This document shows, piece by piece, positions 13,500 to 24,264 of a stretch of 64,000 nt of DNA (its first letter is position 1; the number at the start of each line of letters is the position of its first letter). Source of the stretch: Mobula hypostoma. Taxonomy: Eukaryota. The position numbers and the translations under genes were made by a program. Under the pieces are notes generated by a model. It did no database searches, was not told where the DNA came from, and was given only the letters and a program-made list of their open reading frames with translations. The stretch covers positions 116,314,001 to 116,378,000 of the forward strand of contig NC_086108.1 in assembly GCF_963921235.1 (NCBI RefSeq), read 5' to 3'.

Positions 13500-14200
13500 C
13501 ACCCAGGTCTCGTTGCACCTCCCCTTTTCCTAATCGGCCACCATTCAGATAATAATCTGTTTTCCTATTTTTGCCACCAAAGTGGATAACTTCACATTTA
13601 TCCACATTAAATTGCATCTGCCATGAGTTTGCCCACTCACCCAACCTATCCAAGTCACCCTGCATCCTCTTAGCATCCTCCTCACTGCTGACACTGCCAC
13701 CCAGCTTCGTGTCATCCGCAAACTTGGAGATGCTGCATTTAATTCCCTCATCCAAGTCATTAATATATATTGTAAACAACTGGGGTCCCAGCACTGAGCC
13801 TTGCGGTACCCCACTAGTCACCGCCTGCCATTCTGAAAAGGTCCCGTTTATTCCCACTCTTTGCTTCCTGTCTGCTAACCAATTCTCCACCCACACCAAT
13901 ACCTTACCCCCAATACCGTGTGCTTTAAGTTTGCACACTAATCTCCTATGTGGGACCTTGTCAAAAGCCTTTTGAAAATCCAAATATACCACATCCACTG
14001 GTTCTCCCCTATCCACTCTACTAGTTACATCCTCAAAAAATTCTATGAGATTCGTCAGACATGATTTTCCTTTCACAAATCCATGCTGACTTTGTCCGAT
14101 CATTTCACCGCTTTCCAAATGTGCTGTTATCACATCCTTGATAACTGACTCCAGCAGTTTCCCCACCACCGACGTTAGGCTAACCGGCCTATAATTCCCC
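13500..14200 (-). other. Reverse transcriptase core of CR1 ORF2
   Basis: Motifs NYRPVSLTS, SQHGF, YLDFQKAFDKVPH, GVPQGSVLGP, catalytic FADD (about 13712-13723) and DLGV. Boundaries are approximate. Confidence 0.93.
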
Positions 14201-15069
14201 GGTTTCTCTCTCCCTCCTTTTTTAAAAAGTGGGGTTACATTAGCCACCCTCCAATCCTCAGGAACTAGTCCAGAATCTAACGAGTTTTGAAAAATTATCA
14301 CTAATGCATCCACTATTTCTTGGGTCACTTCCTTAAGCACTCTGGGATGCAGACCATCTGGCCCTGGGGATTTATCGGCCTTCAATCCCTTCAATTTACC
14401 TAACACCACTTCCCTACTAACATGTATTTCGCTCAGTTCCTCCATCTCACTGGACCCTCTGTCCCTTACTATTTCTGGAAGATTATTTATGTCCTCCTTA
14501 GTGAAGACAGAACCAAAGTAATTATTCAATTGGTCTGCCATGTCCTTGCTCCCCATAATCAATTCACCTGTTTCTGTTTGCAGCGGACCTACATTTGTCT
14601 TTATCAGTCTTTTCCTTTTTACATATCTATAAAAGCTTTTACAGTCCGTTTTTATGTTCTCTGCCAGTTTTCTCTCATAATCTTTTTTCCCCTTCCTAAT
14701 TAAGCCCTTTGTCCTCCTCTGCTGAACTCTGAATTTCTCCCAGTCCTCAGGTGAGCCACTTTCTCTGGCTAATTTGTATGCTACTTCTTTGGAATTGATA
14801 CTATCCCTAATTTCTCTTGTCAGCCACGGGTGCACTACCTTCCTTGATTTATTCTTTTGCCAAACTGGGATGAACAATTGTTGTAGTTCATCCATGCAAC
14901 CTTTAAATGCCTGCCATTGCATATCCACCGTCAATCCTTGAAGTGTCATTTGCCAGTCTATCTTAGCTAATTCATGTCTCATACCTTCAAAGTTACCCCT
15001 CTTTAAGTTCAGAACCTTTGTTTCTGAATTAACTACGTCACTCTCCATGTTAATGAAGAATTCCACCAT

Positions 15070-15690
15070 ATTATGGTCACTCTTACCCAAGGGGCCTCTC
15101 ACGACAAGATCGCTAATTAACCCTTAGTCATTGCTCAAAACCCAGTCCAGAATAGCCTGCTCTCTAGTCGGTTCCTCGACATGTTGGTTCAAAAAACCAT
15201 CCCGCATACATTCCAAGAAATCCTCTTCCTCAGCACCTTTACCAATTTGGTTCACCCAGTCTACATGTAGATTGAAGTCACCCATTATAACTGCTGTTCC
15301 TTCATTGCACACATTTCTAATTTCCTGTTTAATACCATCTCCGACCTCACTACTACTGTTAGGTGGCCTGTACACAACTCCCACCAGCGTCTTCTGCCCC
15401 TTAGTGTTACGCAGCTCTACCCATATCGATTCCACATCTTCCCGGCTTATGTCCTTCCTTTCTATTGCGTTAATCTCTTTTTTAACCAGCAACGCCACCC
15501 CACCTCCCCTTCCTTCGTGTCTATCCCTCCTGAATATTGAATATCCCTGAACGTTGAGCTCCCATCCCTGGTCACCCTGGAGCCATGTCTCTGTGATCCC
15601 AACTATATCATAATCATTAATAACAATCTGCACTTTCAATTCATCCACCTTATTACGAATGCTCCTTGCATTGACACATAAAGCCTTCAG
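15070..15690 (-). other. APE-type endonuclease domain of CR1 ORF2
   Basis: Motifs CVNARSI, VGITETW, GGGVALLV, VYRPP, IMGDFN, ILDWVL and terminal SDHN, in the canonical order for LINE APE endonucleases. Boundaries are approximate. Confidence 0.9.
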
Positions 15691-16017
15691 GCACTCTTTT
15701 ACAACTCTCTTAGCCCTTTTTAATGCTTGCCCTGGATTTGTCGGCCTGCCACTTTTACTTTTCCCCTTTGTACTTTTTGCTTCTACGCTCACTTTACACC
15801 CCTCTGTCTCTCTGCACTGGTTCCCATCCCTCTGTTGTGAACTAACCTCCTCACACCTAGCCGCTTTAATTTGATTCCCACCCCCCAACCATTCTAGATG
15901 TGGAGTGATGGTCGCTTTCAGAGACACACAGGGATGTGGGGTGATGGAGGTTTTCAGAGACAACACAGTGATGTAGTGTGATGGGTTTCAGAGACACCCA
16001 GGGATGTGGGGTCATGG

Positions 16018-19000
16018 GTTTCAGAGACACACAGGGTTGTGGGGTGATGGAGAGGTTTCAGAGACACACAGTGATATGGGGTGTTGGTGGGTTTCAGAGA
16101 CACTCAGGGATGTGGGTGATGGTGGGTTTCAGAGACACAGGGATGTGGGGTGATGGTGGGTTTCAGAGACACACAGGGATGTGGGGTGATGGGTTTCAGA
16201 GAAACACGGGGATGTAGGGTGATGGACGGTTTCAGAGACAACACAGTGATGTAGTGTGATGGGTTTCAGAGACATACAGGTATGTGGGGTGATGGAGGGT
16301 TTCAGAGACACACAGGGATGTGGGGTGATGGTGGGTTTCAGAGACACTCAGGGATGTGGGATGATGGACAGTTTCCGAGACACACAGTGATGTGGTGTGA
16401 TCGTGGGTTTCAGAGACACACAGGGATATGGGGTGATGGGTTTCAGAGGCACACAGGGATGTAGGGTGATGGGTTTCAGAGACACACAGGGATGTGGGGT
16501 GCTGGGTTTGAGACATACAGGGATGTAGGGTGATGGGTTTCAGAGACACCCATTGATGTGTGGTGGTAGGTTTCAGAGACACACAGGGTTGTGGGTGATT
16601 GGGAGGTTCAGAGACACGCAGGGATGCGGGGTGATGGAGGGTTTCAGAGACAAAACAGTGATGTAGTGTGATGGGTTTCAGAGACATTCAGGGATGAGGG
16701 GTGATAGAGGGTTTCAGAGACACACAGGGATGTGAGGTGTTGGTGGGTTTCAGAGACACACAGGGATGTAGGGTGATGGTGGGTTTCAGAGATACACAGG
16801 GATGTTGGGTGATGGTGGGTTTCAGAGACACACAGGGATGTGGGGTGATGGGTTTCAGAGGCACACAGGGATGTGGGTTGATGGGTTTCAGAGACACTAT
16901 GGGATGTGGGGTGATGGTGGGTTTCAGAGACACTATGGGATGTGGGGTGATGGTGGGTTGGGTTTCAGAGACACACAGGGATGTGGGGTGATGGGTTCCA
17001 GAGACACCCAGGGATGTGGGGTGATGTGTTTCCTAGACACACAGAGTTGTGTTGTGATGGAGAGGTTCAGAGACACACAGGGATGTGTGGTGATGGGTTT
17101 CAGAGACACACAGGGATGTGGGGTGATGGGTTTCAGAGAAACACAGGGATGTGGGGTGATGGAGGGTTTCAGAGACAACACAGTGATGTAGTGTGATGGG
17201 TTTCAGAGACATACAGGTATGTGGGGTGATCGAGGTTTCAGAGACACACAGGGATGTGGGGTGATGCTGGGTTTCAGAGACATACAGGGATGTGGGGAGA
17301 TGGAGGGTTTCAGAGACACACAGGGATGTGGTGTGATGCTGGATTTCAGAGACACACAGGGATGTGGGGTGATGGTGGGTTTCAGAGACACAGAGGGATG
17401 TGGGGTGATGGGTTTCAAAGACACTCAGGGATGTGGGGTCTTGGACAGTTTCCGAGACACACAGTGATGTGGGGTGATCGTGCGTTTCAGAGACATACAG
17501 GGATGTGGGGAGATTGAGGGTTTCAGAGACACACAGGGATGTGGTGTGATGCTGGATTTCAGAGACACACAGGGATGTGCGGTGATGGTGGGTTTCAGAG
17601 ACACACAGGGATGTGGGGTGATGGACAGTTTCAGAGACACACAGGGATGTGGGGTTGTTGGTTTCAGAGACACACAGGGATGTGGGGTTTTTTGTTTCAG
17701 AGACACACAGGGATGTGGGGTGATGGTGGGTTTCAGAGACACACAGGGATGTGGGGTGATGGGTTTTTCGAGACACACAGCGATGTGGGATGATGGTCGG
17801 TTTTAGAGACACCCAGGGATGTAGGGTGATGGTCGCTTTCAGAGACACACAGGTATGTGGGGTTATGGTGGGTTTCAGAGAGACACAGGGATGTGGGGTG
17901 ATGAGTTTCAGAGACTCACTGGGGTGTGGGCTGATGGTGTGTTTCAGAGACACACAGGGATGTGGGGTGATGGTGGGTTTCAGAGTCACACTGGGATGTG
18001 GGGTGATGGCGTTCAGAGACACACAGGGATGTGGGGTGATGGTAGGTTTCAGAGACACACAGGGATGTGGGTTGATGGGTTTCAGAGACACACAGGGATG
18101 TGGTGTGATGGAGAGTTTCAGAGACATACAGGGATGTGGGGTGATGGGTTTCAGAGACACACAGGGTTGTGGGGTGATGGAGAGGTTCAGAGACACACAG
18201 GGATGTGGGGTGATTACTTACAGAGACACACAGGGATGTGGGCAGATGGAGGGTTTCAGAGACACACAGTGATATGGGGTGTTGGTGGGTTTCAGAGACA
18301 CTCAGGGATGTGGGTGATGGTGGGTTTCAGAGACACAGGGATGTGGGGTGATGGTGGGTTTCAGAGACACACAGGGATGTGGGGTGATGGGTTTCAGAGA
18401 CACACAGCGATGTGGGATGATGGTCGGTTTCAGAGACACCCAGGGATATGGGGTGATGGTCGCTTTCAGAGACACACAGGGATGTAGGGTTATGGTGGGT
18501 TTCAGAGAGACACAGGGATGTGGGGTGATGAGTTTCAGAGACTCACTGGGGTGTGGGCTGATGGTGGGTTTCAGAGACACACAGGGATGTGGGGTGATGG
18601 TGGGTTTCAGAGTCACACTGGGATGTTGGGTGATGGCGTTCAGAGACACACAGGGATGTGGGGTGATGGTAGGTTTCAGAGACACACAGGGATGTGGGTT
18701 GATGGGTTTCAGAGACACACAGGGATGTGGTGTGATGGAGAGTTTCAGAGACACACAGGGTTGTGGGGTGATGGAGAGGTTTCAGAGACACACAGTGATA
18801 TGGGGTGTTGGTGGGTTTCAGAGACACTCAGGGATGTGGGTGATGGTGGGTTTCAGAGACACAGGGATGTGGGGTGATGGTGGGTTTCAGAGACACACAG
18901 GGATGTGGGGTGATGGGTTTCAGAGAAACACGGGGATGTAGGGTGATGGACGGTTTCAGAGACAACACAGTGATGTAGTGTGATGGGTTTCAGAGACATA

Positions 19001-21484
19001 CAGGTATGTGGGGTGATGGAGGGTTTCAGAGACACACAGGGATGTGGGGTGATGGTGGGTTTCAGAGACACTCAGGGATGTGGGATGATGGACAGTTTCC
19101 GAGACACACAGTGATGTGGTGTGATCGTGGGTTTCAGAGACACACAGGGATATGGGGTGATGGGTTTCAGAGGCACACAGGGATGTAGGGTGATGGGTTT
19201 CAGAGACACACAGGGATGTGGGGTGCTGGGTTTGAGACATACAGGGATGTAGGGTGATGGGTTTCAGAGACACCCATTGATGTGTGGTGGTAGGTTTCAG
19301 AGACACACAGGGTTGTGGGTGATTGGGAGGTTCAGAGACACGCAGGGATGCGGGGTGATGGAGGGTTTCAGAGACAAAACAGTGATGTAGTGTGATGGGT
19401 TTCAGAGACATTCAGGGATGAGGGGTGATAGAGGGTTTCAGAGACACACAGGGATGTGAGGTGTTGGTGGGTTTCAGAGACACACAGGGATGTAGGGTGA
19501 TGGTGGGTTTCAGAGATACACAGGGATGTTGGGTGATGGTGGGTTTCAGAGACACACAGGGATGTGGGGTGATGGGTTTCAGAGGCACACAGGGATGTGG
19601 GTTGATGGGTTTCAGAGACACTATGGGATGTGGGGTGATGGTGGGTTTCAGAGACACTATGGGATGTGGGGTGATGGTGGGTTGGGTTTCAGAGACACAC
19701 AGGGATGTGGGGTGATGGGTTCCAGAGACACCCAGGGATGTGGGGTGATGTGTTTCCTAGACACACAGAGTTGTGTTGTGATGGAGAGGTTCAGAGACAC
19801 ACAGGGATGTGTGGTGATGGGTTTCAGAGACACACAGGGATGTGGGGTGATGGGTTTCAGAGAAACACAGGGATGTGGGGTGATGGAGGGTTTCAGAGAC
19901 AACACAGTGATGTAGTGTGATGGGTTTCAGAGACATACAGGTATGTGGGGTGATCGAGGTTTCAGAGACACACAGGGATGTGGGGTGATGCTGGGTTTCA
20001 GAGACATACAGGGATGTGGGGAGATGGAGGGTTTCAGAGACACACAGGGATGTGGTGTGATGCTGGATTTCAGAGACACACAGGGATGTGGGGTGATGGT
20101 GGGTTTCAGAGACACAGAGGGATGTGGGGTGATGGGTTTCAAAGACACTCAGGGATGTGGGGTCTTGGACAGTTTCCGAGACACACAGTGATGTGGGGTG
20201 ATCGTGCGTTTCAGAGACATACAGGGATGTGGGGAGATTGAGGGTTTCAGAGACACACAGGGATGTGGTGTGATGCTGGATTTCAGAGACACACAGGGAT
20301 GTGCGGTGATGGTGGGTTTCAGAGACACACAGGGATGTGGGGTGATGGACAGTTTCAGAGACACACAGGGATGTGGGGTTGTTGGTTTCAGAGACACACA
20401 GGGATGTGGGGTTTTTTGTTTCAGAGACACACAGGGATGTGGGGTGATGGTGGGTTTCAGAGACACACAGGGATGTGGGGTGATGGGTTTTTCGAGACAC
20501 ACAGCGATGTGGGATGATGGTCGGTTTTAGAGACACCCAGGGATGTAGGGTGATGGTCGCTTTCAGAGACACACAGGTATGTGGGGTTATGGTGGGTTTC
20601 AGAGAGACACAGGGATGTGGGGTGATGAGTTTCAGAGACTCACTGGGGTGTGGGCTGATGGTGTGTTTCAGAGACACACAGGGATGTGGGGTGATGGTGG
20701 GTTTCAGAGTCACACTGGGATGTGGGGTGATGGCGTTCAGAGACACACAGGGATGTGGGGTGATGGTAGGTTTCAGAGACACACAGGGATGTGGGTTGAT
20801 GGGTTTCAGAGACACACAGGGATGTGGTGTGATGGAGAGTTTCAGAGACATACAGGGATGTGGGGTGATGGGTTTCAGAGACACACAGGGTTGTGGGGTG
20901 ATGGAGAGGTTCAGAGACACACAGGGATGTGGGGTGATTACTTACAGAGACACACAGGGATGTGGGCAGATGGAGGGTTTCAGAGACACACAGTGATATG
21001 GGGTGTTGGTGGGTTTCAGAGACACTCAGGGATGTGGGTGATGGTGGGTTTCAGAGACACAGGGATGTGGGGTGATGGTGGGTTTCAGAGACACACAGGG
21101 ATGTGGGGTGATGGGTTTCAGAGACACACAGCGATGTGGGATGATGGTCGGTTTCAGAGACACCCAGGGATATGGGGTGATGGTCGCTTTCAGAGACACA
21201 CAGGGATGTAGGGTTATGGTGGGTTTCAGAGAGACACAGGGATGTGGGGTGATGAGTTTCAGAGACTCACTGGGGTGTGGGCTGATGGTGGGTTTCAGAG
21301 ACACACAGGGATGTGGGGTGATGGTGGGTTTCAGAGTCACACTGGGATGTTGGGTGATGGCGTTCAGAGACACACAGGGATGTGGGGTGATGGTAGGTTT
21401 CAGAGACACACAGGGATGTGGGTTGATGGGTTTCAGAGACACACAGGGATGTGGTGTGATGGAGAGTTTCAGAGACACACAGGG
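16018..21484 (+). repeat. 2724-bp near-identical tandem duplication
   Basis: Identical translations at 16129/18853, 16701/19425, 17033/19757 (387 aa) and 17855/20579, all offset by 2724. Confidence 0.92.
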
Positions 21485-24264
21485 ATGTGGGGTGATGGGT
21501 TTCAGAGACACACAGGGTTGTGGGGTGATGGAGAGGTTCAGAGACACACAGGGATGTGGGGTGATTACTTACAGAGACACACAGGGATGTGGGCAGATGG
21601 AGGGTTTCAGAGACACACAGTGATATGGGGTGTTGGTGGGTTTCAGAGACACTCAGGGATGTGGGTGATGGTGGGTTTCAGAGACACAGGGATGTGGGGT
21701 GATGGTGGGTTTCAGAGACACACAGGGATGTGGGGTGATGGGTTTCAGAGACACAAAGTGATGTGGGATGATGGTCGGTTTCAGAGACACCAAGGGATAT
21801 GGGGTGATGGTCGCTTTCAGAGACACACAGGGATGTAGGGTTATGGTGGGTTTCAGAGAGACACAGGGATGTGGGGTGATGAGTTTCAGAGACTCACTGG
21901 GGTGTGGGCTGATGGTGGGTTTCAGAGACACACAGGGATGTGGGGTGATGGTGGGTTTCAGAGTCACACAGGGATGTGGGGTGATGGTGAGTTTCAGAGA
22001 CACTCAGGGATGTGGGGTGATGGACAATTTCCGCGACACACAGTTATTTGGTGTGATCGTGGGTTTCAGAGACACACAGGGATGTGGGGTGATGGGTTTG
22101 AGACATACAGTGATGTGGGGTGATGGGTTTCACAGGCATACAGAGATGTGGGGTGATGGAGAGTTTCAGAGACACACAGGGATGTGGGGTGATGGGTTTC
22201 AGTGACACACAGGGATGTGGGCATATGGAGGGTGTCAGAGACACACAGGGATGTGAGGTGATGGTGGGTTTCAGAGAAACACAGGGATGTGGGGTGATGG
22301 GTTTCAGAGACACACAGGGATGTGAGGTGATGGTCAGTTTCAGAGACACACAAGGATGTGGGGTTATGGTGCGGTTCAGAGACACACAGGGATGTGGGTG
22401 ATGAGTTTCATAGACACACAAGGGATGCGGGGTGATGGGGGGTTTCAGAGACACACAGGTATGTGGGGTGATGGGTTTCAGAGACACACAGGGATGTGGG
22501 GTGATGGGTTTCAGAGACACACAGGGATGTGGGATGTTGGTGGGTTTCAGAGACACCCAATGATGTCGGTTGGTGGTTTCAGAGACACACAGGGATGTGG
22601 GGTGATTGGTTTCAGAGACACACAGGGATGTGGGGTGATGGTGGGTTTCAGAGACACACAATGATGTGGGGTGTTGGTCGGTTTCAGAGACACACAGGGA
22701 TGTGGGGTGATGGGTTTCAGAGACACACAGCGATGTGGGATGTTTGTGGGTTTCAGATACGCCCAGGGATGTGGGGTGATGGGATTCAGAGACAAACAGG
22801 GATGAGGGGTGATGGGTTTCAGAGACACACAGGGATGTGGGGTGATGGTGGGTTTCAGAGACACACAGGGATGTGGGGTGATAGTGGGTTTCAGAGACAC
22901 AGAGGGATGTTGGGTGATGGTCGGTTTGAGAGTCACACAGGGATGTGGGTGATGGGTTTGAGACACACAGGGATCTGGTGTGATGGCTTTCAGAGAAACA
23001 CAGAGATGTGGGGTTATGGTGGGTTTCAGGGACACTCAGAGATGTGGGCTGATGCGTTTCAGAGTCACACAGGAATGTAGGGTGATGGGTTTCAGAGACA
23101 CACAGGGATGTTGGGTGATGGTCAGTTTCAGAGACACACAGGGATGTGTGGTTATGGTGGGTTTCAGAGACACACAATGATGTGGGGTGATGGGTTTCAG
23201 AGACACTATGGGATGTGGGGTGATGGTGGGTTGGGTTTCAGAGACACACAGGGATGTGGGGTGATGGGTTCCAGAGACACCCAGGGATGTGTGGTGATGG
23301 GTTTCCAAGACACACATGGTTGTGGTGTGATGGAGAGGTTCAGAGACAACACAGTGATGTAGTGTGATGGGTTTCAGAGACATACAGGTATGTGGGGTGA
23401 TCGAGTTTTCAGAGACACACAGGGATGTGGGGTTATGGTGTGTTTCAGAGACACACAGGGATGTGGGGTGATGGGTTTAAGACACACAGGGATCTGGTGT
23501 GATGGGTTTCAGAGACACACAGAGATGTTGTGTGATGGTGGGTTTCAGAGACACTCAGTGCTGTTAGGTGATGTATAGTTTCCGAGACACACAGTGATGT
23601 GGGCTGATCGTCGGTTTCAGAGACACACAAAGATGTGGGCTGATGCGTTTCAGAGTCACACAGCGATGTGGGGTGATGGGTTTCAGAGAAACACAGGGAT
23701 GTTGGCTGATGGTCGGTTTCAGAGTCACACAGGGACGTGGGGTGAAGCGTTTGAGATACACAGGGATGTGGGGTGATGGGTTTCAGAGACACACAGCGAT
23801 GTGGGATGTTGGTGGATTTCAGATACACCCAGGAATGTGGGGTGATGGTCGGTTTCGGAGACACACAGGGATGTTGGGTGATGGGTTTGAGACATACAGA
23901 GATGTGGGTGATAGGATTCAGAGGCACACAGGGATGTGGGGTGATGGGTTTCAGAGAAATACAGGGATGTGGGGTGATGGAGGGTTTCAGAAACAACACA
24001 GTGATGTAGTGTGATGGGTTTCAGAGACACACAGGGATGTGGGGAGATGGAGGGTTTCAGACACACACGGGGATGTGAGGTGTTGGTGGATTTCAGAGAC
24101 ACACAGGGATGTTTGGTGATGTTGGGTTTCTGGGACACTCAGGGATGTGGGGTGATGGACAATATCCGAGACACACAGTAATGTGGGGTGATCGTGGGTT
24201 TCAGAGATACAGAGGGATGTGGGGTGATGGGTTTTAGACACACAGGGATGTGGCGTGATGTGTT

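Larger units (their letters stand above)
12785..15896 (-). mobile_element. CR1-clade non-LTR retrotransposon (LINE), 5'-truncated, HER1-like
   Basis: Abrupt switch from repeat to complex sequence. Minus-strand ORF2 has APE-endonuclease and RT motifs, followed by a short 3' UTR with stem-loops and an 8-bp microsatellite tail instead of poly(A), the hallmarks of CR1. The C-terminal motifs (LVRPHLEYCVQFWSP, IEGVQRRFTRLIPG, LYSLEFRRLRGDLIETYKIL, FFTQRVVNLWNSLP) are typical CR1 ORF2. No ORF1 or 5' UTR is present. The subfamily name is from recalled similarity, not a search. Confidence 0.95.
12889..15897 (-). pseudogene. CR1 ORF2 (endonuclease-reverse transcriptase), interrupted by one in-frame stop at 15126-15124
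   Basis: ORFs 15124..15966 and 12889..15102 are in the same frame (15123-15102=21). The minus strand reads TTG AGC AAT GAC TAA GGG TTA ATT AGC GAT CTT GTC GTG AGA GGC (LSND*GLISDLVVRG). Otherwise about 1000 codons are open, ending at TGA 12891-12889. Confidence 0.9.

Noticed and set aside
12866..15874. Plus-strand ORFs inside the LINE (12866, 13271, 13571, 14422, 15131, 15659) and minus ORF 13545..13814
   Set aside because: Antisense or alternate-frame shadows of ORF2 with no recognisable motifs.
12770..15910. A conventional long target-site duplication around the LINE
   Set aside because: Only GAT (3 bp) is shared at the junctions, and it overlaps tail microhomology; wider flank similarity is just the repeat itself.
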